A stretch of DNA of 64,000 bases from Hydrolagus colliei (taxonomy: Eukaryota), in the NCBI GenBank assembly GCA_035084275.1, contig CM068750.1, positions 9,982,001-10,046,000 of the forward strand, in the 5' to 3' direction. Positions 26,919-39,366 of this stretch are shown here, one piece after another (position 1 is the stretch's first letter; every line of letters begins with the position of its first letter). The notes below the pieces were generated by a model that was not told the DNA's origin, did not search any database, and saw nothing but the letters and a program-made list of their open reading frames with translations. The position numbers and the translations under genes were made by a program.

Positions 26919-28739
26919 GGGGTGAAAAATGTGCTATCCATGGCAATAATAAACAGGGTTAAATAATCACATCACACACTGCATTTTCTACCACAAGGAC
27001 TCTTAGCATAAGTAAAATGTTAAATTTCATTTTGAAAAAGTTGCAAATGTAATTTTTAGGTTGGATCAATGTAGACTTTAGAGGAGTAAACATTAGTGAC
27101 ACGTTAGCAGCTGAAGCTGGTTGTTAGGTCACTGCGGGAGTAGAATGTTTAGCGGGAATGATATCCATAAGGGTTGTACTGCCATCAACTAGATTCTCTT
27201 TCTGTCTGTGCTAGACACTGAAGGTTACAAACTGCAACACATTCTTGATTTTTGAAACTGAGCATACCACATAAGTCTGAGATTTCAATAGAATAACAGC
27301 CAATTGCTTGATAAGTTCACACAAGATCCGAGAGAGGTTTGGATGAAGAAGGCTCTTCGTCTCATTGAAGATATGATTTGCAGCTGGATAGAATTGCCAA
27401 AAACAGTGGATAGTTAGCTCGGACCTCACTGTAGCTGCAAAATGACGGATGAGGAAGCAATCACTGTGAACTTCTTCCCGAGCTCCTAACAACGTCTTTA
27501 GGATTTCCACAAGAGCAAGCCTTCCTTGCGCATGCTCAGCAACAACAACTTGCATTTATATAGCTCCCTTTACTTGGCATATCGTACTGGAGGGCTGTAC
27601 TCGGCATATTTTCCTGGCAAGATGGGTGAAATTGGGAAGTGGCCCGTGGTGAATGTAGCAAGCATGTCAGACCCTCCACAATGCAATACACTGCAGGACC
27701 TGTGCAACTTAACTGACTTTTAAACTCACAAAATAATAGTTGTTGAGAATCTTTTGACTTTAAACATCACCACAGTATGTAGTTTGGATACTTAAAGGAG
27801 AAGGATGGTAGGGTGGGTATTCTGGAGAGACTAATTCAAATCACTTAAAACACTGTCTTCGTCCAAACAAATCTTGTGAATTTGTGTGACTTGTCAGGTG
27901 GACACATGACTCAAATATGGTATCAGTCACTGGAGTCATTTGCGTTTGTACAAGTAAAAATGATGCTGGAGTTTGGATGTTTCTCTGTACCCAAACTCTT
28001 TTTACAAAGCTCTTTGGCCTGGTCCATACCCTAATTCTCTGAGTACATGTCACATAGCAGAAAGGCACAAAGAACATCAAGAGCGATTTTTGATGAATCT
28101 CACTTAAATAAAGGAGCACTTCTAAGATTTGTGAAAAAAAAGATTCAGATACAATAAAAAGGTACGAGGGATTCGAGAAAGGTTGGACTCTCCGCATCCA
28201 AAGTCCAGAACAAAACTGCCCAAAATAGAATGAATAGTGACTCGAAGCAGAGAAGACGTCAACACCTAGAGGAGATGATAGGACGGGTATTCTGGAAAGG
28301 TGAGATAAAGTGAAGGGTCTTCTTCAACCGAAACTTGTGATGTTGTAAGGAGAGAAGTAAGGTGTTGTATTGTAACACAATCCAATAGAACCGAGTAAAA
28401 AAGTTGCCCTAAAATGCCATGAACTGTATCATCTATTCAAGGTGACGTCTCTCCAATTGCTCCACTGCATGCTTCAATCACACATGGACAACTTTGGTGG
28501 CAGTGACACCATATACTAAAGCGAAATAGTCCCTACAAATGATTGGCAATTTATACTGCATAACAACTGCATGACAAATTGTAGCACAGAGGGTCAGGGG
28601 AATAAAAACCTGGCTGATTATTCCAGCAGCCTGTTTCTAATACGGTATCTCTCTCACTGTGTGTTAGCATTGGCACATATAGCTGTGAAACATCTGTTTA
28701 TTAGAATTTAGGAGTAATCGTTGGTAGCAATTAACAAAT

Positions 28740-29480
28740 TCTGCACACAGTACAGTATTAATCCCAGATTCCAATGATGGCAAGAGAGAAAATCATTCTT
28801 CAATAGAAAAGAATATTAATAAACCGGTATCCTTTTCAGGATTATAAAATTAATGTCCTTTTTTTAATCTTAGCAAAGTTTGGGGTAATTAAATATAATC
28901 ACAGTAGTAATTAACATTTCAGTGTTTTACTTTGGGACAGGGGACTATAAGCTGATTAAAACATGAAGCACCATCAAGTGCTTTAATCTGCCTGGAGTCT
29001 TCCTTCCTAGTTTTCTATTCGAGGATAAAGCACATTGACATGCTCATTATTGCCATTAGCAGAGAACACAATAATATTTTGCTAAATGGCTTTATTCAAA
29101 ATTCAGCCAAATTCTCCTTTGAGCATAAAATGTTCTCCCTTTCTGTTTACCCGCACCAGGTCGTCTCTGGCAGTGGCCATGTTGTGAAGTTGAACACAAT
29201 AATGTTTGCTTTCCATGGCTATGCAATTGACATACATTAATGCCAACTGCTTTTTGCAATTGGATTGCTTGTTTTTTGGGGTTATCCTCCCCATTAATTC
29301 GGTTTTAATCTTTCCCAATGTTTTTTTTCCCCCCAGAAGTCTCCCGTTTATTGTATTTTATTGACCACCAGGCGATATGCTTAATCTTCCAAATCATTAT
29401 TATTCTGTGGGTTGTATTTTATCTTCTCGTAATAATGCAGTTATTGGTTTTGTTTACTTGGCTTTACAATGAGCCTGTTA
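28740..29480. promoter_or_regulatory. Candidate conserved non-coding element (homeodomain TAAT/TAATCC-rich)
   Basis: No recognisable repeat. Dense TAATCC/GGATTA, TAATTA, TGACA and ACAAT motifs. Conservation not tested. Confidence 0.35.
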
Positions 29481-31008
29481 AACTCAATACTTTTGTAAAC
29501 CTATTACTCAGTCCCCTGCAGTAGTTCCCTTTAACTATCCATCCCTGCATGCTTGATAAGTAAGTCTTTTGGACAGCATGGTGATTACCCATAATGTCTT
29601 CTTTTGCATTTTATTTAGTCTATGTTTTCTGCCGCTAGCATTTGGTTACAATGTTGTTCATTCTGCTCTTGGCTATAGTACTGAATATACGCATAATATA
29701 AATTTCCCTCAATCACGTGCCAGCTCATTTCTCCCTTAAAGCATCTGAAAGGAAAGTTTATTTTTGCAAGCATTTGCATTGAGCTCTTACAAGAGTGACA
29801 AGGAAACGTGCCACTGTTACCCAGTCTCACAAACATGTTTGGCTGAAATTAAGGTCCTCTCTGAATCGTGGAATATATTAAGTTGCAAACTGTTAAGCAT
29901 GTCATGATATATAACACAAGGCCATAGTAGATTAGATATGGCCAACAATTATGCATCCTAGGCAGCAATGAACCTTTCCAACTAATTTATGGAAATTTTA
30001 TGCACAGAGCCAGCAGCGTGTTAATCTGGTTGAAAGTAAGTGGTGTGGATTTCTAACACTGCCATATTGATGTACCATACATCATGCAGATTACTAAAAA
30101 CACTTCAAACTTTTACTTTGCAAGTGATGGATTAAATTCCCCAAGATCATGGAAGATATGGATGGTGTTAGGAGGTTGAACTTATTCATCATCTCAATTA
30201 TTGAAAGTGGTTTCACTAACATCATATTCCCAGATCATATTTCATATTCACATACCCAACTGGCAAAGAAAGCATAGCTAAAGCAAGGAATACTAAAAAT
30301 GTGGAGAGCATTTTTGTTTGATTTATGGCTGGCTAGAGCAAGGCGTCACATCAGCTACTTAATCATTAAAGCTTACTATTCTTAAACCTGCTATTCCTTT
30401 GTTTTAACAATTGTATACCTTACATATGGTCATTCCAGCCATGCATTTTACCTTTGTTGACTGATTTTTTACTGTGATCCACGGTGGAGCTACAGGCTAC
30501 AGCACTTGAGAGAAAGATCCTGTGAGTATTCTGTGCAATGTGACAGTATTCTGTGCAATTCTCCTGCTCCCTCTGTGCATCACATATCGGGGAACAGATT
30601 ATGCTCAGTGCTGCTACTGTATAATGCGGAAAGTTGGTTCACTCTTCATGTTACAACATCAGGGTTCAGAGTGCACCATTCACAGTGTCATGTGCATTAT
30701 AATAAGAACCACTGCAAGAAATCAGGTGTCACAAGTGCTTCGGACAATCATTTGGGAGTTTGTCATCAGCAGTGCTCCCGAATACCTCAAACTTGCATGG
30801 ATCTGGAATTAGAGTCTTTCGATTTCCATAGCTGATTGAATTGATTCAGACAATCTATTTCCATGCACATCACCTTGGAGCTGGCATGGATGGCTTCAAG
30901 GAGACCCTACCTGCCTATTACATTCCCCACTGAAGGCTGATAGTGAAAGGCTTCAATATGAGAGGATGCCTGGATTGGGACTGGGTAGAAATGATCGTCT
31001 TGAATTTC

Positions 31009-31338
31009 TAATAATAATCCTTGCATTTGATATAGTGCTTTTCACATTTTATCAACGTCCCAAAGCGCTTCATGGTAAAGTGAATTGACGGTATATTTGT
31101 GGGCGAATCGTGGCAGCCAATTGCGCACAGCAGTGTCCTACAAACAGTCGTGGATTGAAATGACCAATTTTATTATTGTGGGTTTTTTTTTAGGGATTAT
31201 TATTAGGCGTGTGGAGTAAGGAAACTTGCCCAAAGTTTCGCCCTGACCTGCCTGGATTCGAACACAGGTCTCCCCAGCTTGGTCTCCCCAGCTTGCAAGA
31301 TAAGTGCTCTAACCACAATAATAAGCTATAGGAGCTCC
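31009..31338 (-). mobile_element. tRNA-derived SINE, family A, short variant, with internal 14-bp tandem duplication
   Basis: Reverse complement of the 34809/55221 element. GGTCTCCCCAGCTT is duplicated at 31267-31294. Confidence 0.88.
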
Positions 31339-31369
31339 ACAATTTACACATCTTTTGGTAGATACTCTC

Positions 31370-31785
31370 TTCTCATGTTAACAGGAATTAAAAAAGTAAA
31401 CCCAGATCAGTACTTTAGTAATATGACTTGTAATTCCAGGATTTGGGAAGCCCCATTCCCACACAAATCCCATATGGTAATGGTGCTCTCGAAATCTCAC
31501 GATTGCAAGCTCTGTATAGGATGCAACAAGACAGGAGCACAAGAGAACATAGATCAAAATTATAAAAGGCAATTTCAGGACAGGATAGATACCATGGCAT
31601 TTGTCTTGACTCAGAAGGTAACTAATTGACAACTGAAACCAGTTGCTAGGGTAGGTAGTAAAGGCCGGGAACATTTGATTCATTTAAAAAGCAGCTTAAT
31701 GCTGTGATGGTGGGTACGTTTTCTAGAAGGCTGAAATCAGATTAGCCTTCGTCATCCAAACTAATCTTGTGGTCTAATGTTTTCA
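31370..31785 (+). mobile_element. CR1 LINE 3' fragment (interrupted)
   Basis: GGAATTAAAAAAGTAAACCCAGA...ACAAGAGAACATAG...GGCAATTTCAGGAC...TCATTTAAAAAGCAGCTTAATGCTGTGATGG. Parallels the 40375 copy. Confidence 0.6.
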
Positions 31786-33574
31786 GATTATAGACCCTGC
31801 CAATTTAATCCAGAGCTAATTGAACCTAGGAGAGCACGAGAGCAATGTTGAATCTACCCAATTCCAACCACCTCACATACATGACATACTGCACTGAGAC
31901 TGTTCTGTGGTGCAGGCTACCTAGTTCTAGCATGGACTACCAAAATCTGGGTTGAAACTACCCTTCCAGTTGATGTATTGTTACAATTGGCCGAGAGAGG
32001 AATAATTGATTCATGTTTAACTAAATCTAGGGGCTAGAAATGAAAAACTATTTTGCAATTTGGTACCAGAGGTAATATCATCTCTGCTGCAAATAAACAT
32101 GCCAAAAAGGCTAATACGGTGGTGTCTCAGTGGAGGTCTTAAAACAGACTGTTTCAGGTTTTCAGCCAATGTTAAATAATTGTCCCCAGTGCAGGAAGAA
32201 TAGCCATTCCTTCTATTTTATTGTTATTTTCTCCCTTCTGTTAGGTGTTCTCAGCACAAGCATTATTCAATCGCTCAGTGAGCATGACCTGCTCCAGGCT
32301 TCAAGCAAAAGCTAATCTCTAACCATTCCCTCTATTGTGTGAGAGAGCAGTCCAGGATAAGTTGCCTGATGAAATTTCCTGTCACTTGTGAGGAAACAGC
32401 TTCTCTCCTCTCAGGACTACCTCCTGGTAGCCCAAATAAGGTCAAAGAGTTGCTGTGCCGCAAATTGGAGCTGTGAACCCACATCCAGGCACTCAATGGA
32501 GCAGTCTGATTGTACACAATGCACTTAGCGACCAGCCTGCCAGGTCTCATGAATGTTTAACTATATTAATGACATGACTGATGCAACTGAGAACCATTTG
32601 TGTCAGTCCAGCTGCCATCGGCAACAAGGAATGCGTTGAAACTAATTAAAAAATATAAGACACAACAATCCCTCCCAAGCAACTTTGGACCACTCCGCAG
32701 ATGTACTGGACAAGTGGCTTTGCTGACTGATAACTTAATTGGAATTTTTCCTCCATTCATATAGATTCAGAAAGCTGTAACATTAATTGTATCGCAAAAG
32801 GATTGAAGTCACAGTCATTTACGTACCTACTAGTGAGTGAGTTCCCCTACGGTGGTCTCATTATGCCCAGAACATAAGAAGAATGTTCTTGTAGGCTAAC
32901 CATTTTTCACGGTTTCCGGGATGGTCCCATGATCCGCCACTGTCAAGCTCTCTGGGAGGGGCGCTAAATAATTGAAGAAATTGTTGTTTTTGTTGTTGTG
33001 TATTTACCTCTGTGAAAAGGAGTTAAAGTACACCAAGCAAAGTAACACGCGTAGGGAATGAAATTGTCAGTGTGTCTTGCTGACTGGTGCCGAAGTGCAC
33101 CAGTTCCATTTAGCTGAGTCTGGTGTACCTGATTATCCCACAAGTGGCATGCAATAAGCCTTTTTACATTGAGAACTGTGGGTCAGGTTACACCTCCTTA
33201 CATCCCCATGGAGGAGGCATGTGTGCTGCCTGCAGTGCTTGAGGTTTTGTGACCCAGTTATGTCTCCGTTTTAAAATTACTACAACCTGTTAATGAGCTA
33301 TTAATGGCCCACCAGGATTCATTCAGTTATTCTCAATTTTCTCTCGCTCTCTCATACTACATTTGTGCTGCAGAACTGCTTGAAGAATGTTTCATTGCTG
33401 TGTAATTTCCATAGCACTGGAACCTTCAGCAGAACATGTGCCATTGTAAGATTACACAATGGTCATCCTCCCTACTTGAAAGGTTTACTGTAATTTATAG
33501 TAATGTACAGATTGTATATAAATGTGTAGATTTACTATAAATGTAATTTTCTTGTTGTGGTTATGTTTTGGGGC

Positions 33575-33770
33575 TGGGCAACAAGACAAGATGGTACAGA
33601 TTAAAATGTGATGGGCAATTTTTGGACAAGCACTAGGAAGCATTATTTTTCACACAGATACTGGAATGTGTCACCAGGAAGGATGGGTACAACCCTTCAG
33701 GAGATGCTGTTATGGGAAGAAGGTAGGGTAAAAGGATGAAATTAAATGGGCTGAAGTGATTTCAACCACC
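33575..33770 (+). mobile_element. CR1 LINE 3' fragment
   Basis: ACAAGATGGTACAGATT...AGGAAGCATTATTTTTCACACAGA...GGATGAAATTAAATGGGCTGAAG. Confidence 0.55.
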
Positions 33771-33867
33771 TATGCCTCATAAAATATTTACAGTATCATA
33801 GATACTTTGCTTCTTAGCCTTCATTTATGAGTGTAAATGTGATCAAAGTGCCTGCAAAACATAAAAT

Positions 33868-34068
33868 AAAATAACAACTTGCATTTATATACAATATAAT
33901 CCTTGCATTGATTATAGTGCCTTATCACTTTCTTTGGGATGTCTCAAAGCGCTTCACAGAATATACTGTAAAGTGAATTGACTGTATATTTTGTGGGCAA
34001 AACATGGCAGCCAATTGTGCACAGCAGTGTCCCACAAACAGTCATGGATTGAAATTACCAATTTATTT
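33868..34068 (-). mobile_element. 5'-truncated family A SINE, preceded by a second short AACAACTTGCATTTATAT tail
   Basis: TAATCCTTGCATT...TCTCAAAGCGCTTCACAGAATATACTGTAAAGTGAATTGACTG...GGCAGCCAATTG matches the family 3' half. Confidence 0.85.
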
Positions 34069-34808
34069 TGAAGGAATACAAATAAATGAAAAAAATAATA
34101 AACCTTGAATGGTTGAAATGGCTTTTACACTTTAAAAGGATGTGACAAATGTGTGACTCCACCCAGATGTTTTGAAATCATTCTCACATTTCAAATAGGA
34201 AACATTCCTTCTTAAAGACTTATTTATTTAAAATTTATTTATTTATTTATCAAGCCATTAACCCTTTCGAAAGCTTCCCTATAGATATTCTCACCCTGGT
34301 ATCATACAAGAAAGACAACTGAATAACCTTTGTACTGCTAAGTACTCCACCTGCTCAGGCAGCAGTTAATCTCGTAGATACCATATAAAAAGAAATAACA
34401 TCATTGATCACTGACAAGGCAGTGATGTGCTATGCTCAATTCAGCTACAGTATTATTATTGTTACTGCATATGCACATTTTTTGCATAACTTTGTTGTAC
34501 AGGGGAGCCCTTTTGTGCTCGTTCCCAGTATACTGTTGAAATGCCTGATATTAAATGGTCTTGTGCAATAAACAGGGTTATAAATACAAATAGAAGAGAT
34601 GGAAATGAGCTGAAAAGGAAATATAAAAGGAAGCCGAAGAAAAGCAAAAGCGAAGAGTATTGAGAGGAGGTAAAATAAATTGAGAGAGAGAGAGAGATTG
34701 TTGTGGTAAAGTGTTCATTGAGCAATAATTCATATCTGTATCTAGGCAGTTCATATCTAAGCTAGCCATGGAATGCCAAAGGCTCTGTTTAAATCCAGGT
34801 TGGTTTGT

Positions 34809-35129
34809 GGAGTCCTGTATCAGTGGTTAGAGCACTTGCCTTACAGGTGATAGACCTGAGTTCGATTCCCAGGAGGGAGAAACCTTGAGCAAGTTTCTTT
34901 ACTCCACATGCCTGATAATAATCCCTCAAAAAAACAATAATAAATTGGTCATTTCAATTTACAACTATCTGTGGGACACTGCTATGCGTAATCTTTGGCT
35001 GCCGCATTTCGCCAACATATATACAGTCAATTCACTTTATAATATATTCTGTGAAGCGCTTTGAGACGTTTAGAAGATATGAAAAGCTCTAAATGCAAGG
35101 ATTCTTATTGTTTTTAATATTATTATTAC
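34809..35129 (+). mobile_element. tRNA-derived SINE, family A, short variant
   Basis: GGAGTCCTGT head, CAGTGGTTAGAGC A-box-like, GTTCGATTCC B box, (ATT)n tail. Aligns by eye with the 55221 and 31009 copies. Confidence 0.9.
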
Positions 35130-35370
35130 TAATACCACAATTTGGACAAGATGGATTGGACTCACCTGGACTCAAGAAGGCTGTTTGATCCATGAAGAAA
35201 TGATTTATCCTGCAGCAGCATTTTCTGATTTCACAAATTAAAATGAGCTGTATTTGTGTGGCATGACCTCCGCTGCCATTTATTGAATAAATAATAATAA
35301 TTTTTCACTGATGACAACCTGCTAATCAGATGTTAACGACAACAAAACAATAAATTGCACTAGTATAGCA

Positions 35371-35520
35371 AAAGGCAAAATACTGCACAAGCTGGAAATC
35401 TGAAATAAAAACAGACGTCGCTGGGATCACTGCTGCCTGACCACTGGGAGCAGGTCAAGCAGCATCCATGGAGAGAGGAAAGTGAATTCATGTTTTAGGT
35501 CAATGAATTTTTGTCAGAAA
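35371..35520 (-). mobile_element. Penelope-like element terminal fragment
   Basis: GCAAAATACTGC...GCTGGAAATCTGAAATAAAAACAGA...GCAGGTCAAGCAGCATCCATGGAGAGAG...TTTTAGGTCAATGA...GTCAGAA resembles recalled chondrichthyan Penelope-like termini. Confidence 0.6.
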
Positions 35521-37189
35521 TAATATTTGCACTTACATAGGACCTTTCACATCGGGACGATGTTCCAATATGTTGGATATTAAAGATAAGCAAGGATTCT
35601 GTTCTGGTGGTGGGAGTGGGTGGGGCTCGGATTCAACAATTTGGGATTTGCAACCCACCATTTGTAAACTTCTCTGTAAATTATGCTTTCTTATGTTACA
35701 AACTAATTACTAATCAGCTAATGCAACAAATCAGATTTGTGAATCTTGCATTTTTAAACCCCATCGTATGAGAGCTGAAAATGGTTACAATATGGCTGGC
35801 CCAGAGAGACTGGAAATTCCCTTTGGTTGCTAACAATAAAACAGCATTCAATTCCAAAATTATATCTTTATCTGGATCTTTTCATAAAACATGTTAGTTG
35901 TTCCAGGATTAGTTCTGAAATTCTTCCAAATGTACAAGGTTACAAAACACCTGGTTTAAGTGTGCAAGCTCTCACCATGCCACACTGTTCAAAGTAGTCT
36001 ATTTTGAGATAAAGCAGTCCTATGGGATGGGTAGGGGGAAACCACAAAATATTCTGGTGTTTGGGAATCATAACAATGATACAAGAAACTAGATTCACTT
36101 CAGGATAAATAAAATAAATGGGTCAATCGTAAAATCTTGGAATCATGTAATGCAGATTGATGCTATTAAATGACAGGTTGCTATTTTTTTCTGAAAACTG
36201 ACAAACAATTGAACTATTTAGTGATTTGTTTTGAGCTTTGCAGTTAAACTCATATTTTTTTTCCCTTGTGGTGTTAAACCTTCCAAAGTGTCATGAAAAG
36301 TTGCTTTGAAAAATCCAACTTTTTGAAATGTAATGAGGTTTAGCCTATACATCTGCATAAAACCAAGATTTCAGTTTGAGGAAAATGTCAGCAGTCTAAA
36401 TATTGAATTGTATCAGTGACCATTCTTGTCATCGTTATTACTCATTCCAGTCACTAATGATGATCATTTTGGCTGTGACCTTATTCTGAAAACTGTTCTT
36501 TAATTTCTAGGTCCTACTCTGGCAATATTCCTCTCGTAGTTCAATGATTTGATCATTGATAGCGCATAACAATGAGGCTATTTAGAGTGTACTCAGCAGG
36601 GAAATGGTGAATATGATTTTTTTTCCCAAGAGGGTAGAAGGCCTCATAACTCACGAGTGACAGAGGCATGAGTGAATTATGAAGGTATTTGTTGCAAGTG
36701 GGATTCATTTTATGTTCACGATTCCCTATTGATTATTTTGTTTATCCTACAAGTTTATTTTGAATGTTACTTTAACTTTCTTTTGCATTCCATTATTAGA
36801 GAAAATAAACTAAATGGGTCAATCAAAAATGATGCCCCCATTTCTTTATATATCGGATGGTGGGTGGGGGGTGGGGGGGGGGGTTATGGGGGGAAAGGGA
36901 GTAGGTGAGTTGTTTGTTTATCCAGTTGTGGAATGTTAGCCAAAAGAACAACAACAACAATTTACATTTAGATTGCATCTTTCATGTTGGGAAGAGGTCT
37001 CAAAGTGCTTCACAAAATATGGGAGAGCTCGACTGCAACTGTTCCTGCTCTCCGTCACATTCAATAGAGCAAGAGGAGAATCTGCTGCAGCGAAAGCATT
37101 TTTATGAAAGAAGCCTTGGTGTCAGCTATTAGACAATTGATTCTTTGAATCTGCAAAACGTTGTGCAAATAGTGTACATTTAAAGTAAA

Positions 37190-37380
37190 GTAGGCTAGGG
37201 AATAGCTGGTGTCCAACGCATGAGATTCAAACGTAGAAGGCAATGGATTTGGACAACAAAATCTTTTTGAATACATCTGAATTGGCAATAACAAGATTTC
37301 AAATAGCCAACGTCAACTTGATGGAAAGCAATCCAAATTCCGCTATGCAGCTTGAAAAGCTACATTGCAAAAGTGCACAT
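37190..37380 (+). mobile_element. Possible decayed Penelope (GIY-YIG region) fragment
   Basis: GTGTCCAAC...GATTTGGACAACA...AAGCTACAT loosely resembles recalled Penelope 3' coding sequence. No intact frame. Confidence 0.3.
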
Positions 37381-38688
37381 AGTATTTTAACATGGATTAT
37401 GTTTTAATAAACTCAGATACAACAGAATGCTCAATGATCTTTAATTAGTTTTCAACTACTTTAAATGCAAAGTGTCAGTGTCAGTAGTACAGTATAAAGT
37501 TTTGTGTTGTCACAAACGTATCAAATCTTTCAACCAGGTTTTCTTCTGAAATATAGTTTGTGTAACCAGTATTAATTCATAAAATACTGGATTCCTGACT
37601 TCTGCTTAATGAATTAAATAAATGCTATCATGACCATGACTCTCCAAGTTCATTCATTCTAATCTGTGGTGTACGTTTGGTGCCTGTCTATGCCACCCCC
37701 TTGTATTATCATAAATTAGATGGAAAAAGACATTCTTCTCATTTCTAGTCCACTTAAATCTTTTTCATTTTAAACCCATGATCTCTATTTCTGTCCTCAC
37801 TGCTTAAATCAAATAGCCTGCTAAGATCTGCCTCATGTATATAGTTCACTATTTTAAAGAACTGAAACAGGCTTCCCTACAATCTTGTTTCTTTCCAATG
37901 AAAACACTTTTGATGCTGCTATCTGTTATCCGAAGACCAGCACTGGCGTGGATCCATTTCTACATCTGAATGTACCTTTCCATCAAACAACAGTTCTTTT
38001 CATACCATGGTTTGGTATTCAAATAGGATGTCAGCTTTGTTTGCAAATTTAGATGAATCCAATGTCTGTCTTCCTGCTGGTACATGGAAATGTAAGCAGC
38101 TTGCAGGCAGCCCATGACACACAAAGATCCGTGACTGCCACTTACCCAAATGCTGCTGCCCTCCCACAACCAGCTTGTGTGTGTCTCTTCCCCCCCCACC
38201 TCCCTCACCCCCCATGCTGTGCTTTTATATGATGTACCTGCTCTGCTGCTTCCATCCCGGTGGGTGAAATTTAAACTAACAATAAAGTGGAAAATAAATC
38301 AATAGGAAAGTCTCCAGTAGCCATGTGTCAGGAGTGCATGGGATTTGGTAATGGTGTGAGTTGAATTGACACCACTTATTTACACCGCGTGCTGTTAAAT
38401 TGGCCCTGGGCTCAGACCTTTGGCGTTTGAGAGTTCAGCCAGTTTATACTTAATTTAGTCATCAAAACAGGCATCAGGTGCATTAAAAATTGCAAGAAAA
38501 TCTGATATCCTTTTTCGGCTGTGACTGATGTGTAAGTAAGTTTTAACGAAGGCACACTTATGAATCAGACTAATTCATAGGTTTGCGGATCTTGAGAGGA
38601 TAACATGGACTTACTTATGAATCAGGCACTAGCATTTGGATTGTTTCAAACTTCATATATGAACCTCATTGAAATTGTTTGGATAGTT

Positions 38689-38785
38689 TAATAATATTAA
38701 TAGTAATCCTTTCATTTGATATAGCACTTTATCATGTCTTCGAGACATCTCAAAGCTCTTTATAAAATATACTGTAAAGTTGATT
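38689..38785 (-). mobile_element. SINE 3' tail remnant
   Basis: TAATCCTTTCATTTGATATAGCAC...TCTCAAAGC...ATACTGTAAAGT. Confidence 0.75.
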
Positions 38786-39250
38786 AAAATAAGCTATCAG
38801 AGGTCAGAGGTGAGCTCCACTACACACACAGGAACCGACTGCTGTAACATGAATTAGGCACTCTGGACCATCCCAGCAATGAGGAGATCAGACATGTATC
38901 CCCCCAGATCATTCCAGAGATCAGCCATATCAAATATATGCCCCTGGTCTACAGCACAGATTGGATACATCAAACCTAGCCCACCATGAAGATTCTTCAC
39001 ATAGCCCTTCAACACCATGGAAACTAGATGCATATGTACTTCTAGATTGCCAGGGAGATCGAATGTACACATTCGGGGGAAAAACATTCAATTGTCATTC
39101 TTCATCACAGAAAGCCAAAGTGAATCAGTGAGGCTTGTTACAGATTAGATCTTGTATGTATAAGAAGCTTGTTTGTTTGATAAGGAATAGTTTAGTGAAC
39201 AAAACAATGCAACTCAGTGTCTTTGGCCAACTTAAATAAATAATCAGGAC

Positions 39251-39366
39251 AATTGACCCACAAAATACACAGTAAATCCACTTTACAATACTGTATATTC
39301 TGTGAAGCACTTTCAGAAGTCTCAATGTTGTGATAAGACACTGTATATAATGGAAGGATTATTATT
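39251..39366 (+). mobile_element. SINE 3' tail remnant
   Basis: CCCACAAAATACACAGT...TGTGAAGCACTTT...GGATTATTATT. Confidence 0.75.

Noticed and set aside
28230-28305. Short ATG-initiated frame ending at AAAG|GTGAGA (possible + strand exon)
   Set aside because: The peptide MNSDSKQRRRQHLEEMIGRVFWK resembles nothing I recognise, and there is no partner exon or promoter.
30521-30559. Short tandem/direct duplications (also 19592-19629 and 38556-38625)
   Set aside because: These 12-20 bp duplications are ordinary slippage products with no further structure.
32366-32400. CTGATGA...GAAAC as an intact hammerhead ribozyme
   Set aside because: No stem II closes between the boxes; GAAA instead pairs with the upstream TTTCC.
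34809-34880. tRNA gene (A/B boxes, GTTCGATTCC)
   Set aside because: No complete cloverleaf. It continues into SINE body and tail and recurs at 43496, 55221 and 31338, so it is a SINE head.
38854-39087. ORF with GGLGL motif as a Tx1/L1 reverse-transcriptase remnant
   Set aside because: Only a five-residue resemblance with no other RT motifs; too weak without a profile search.
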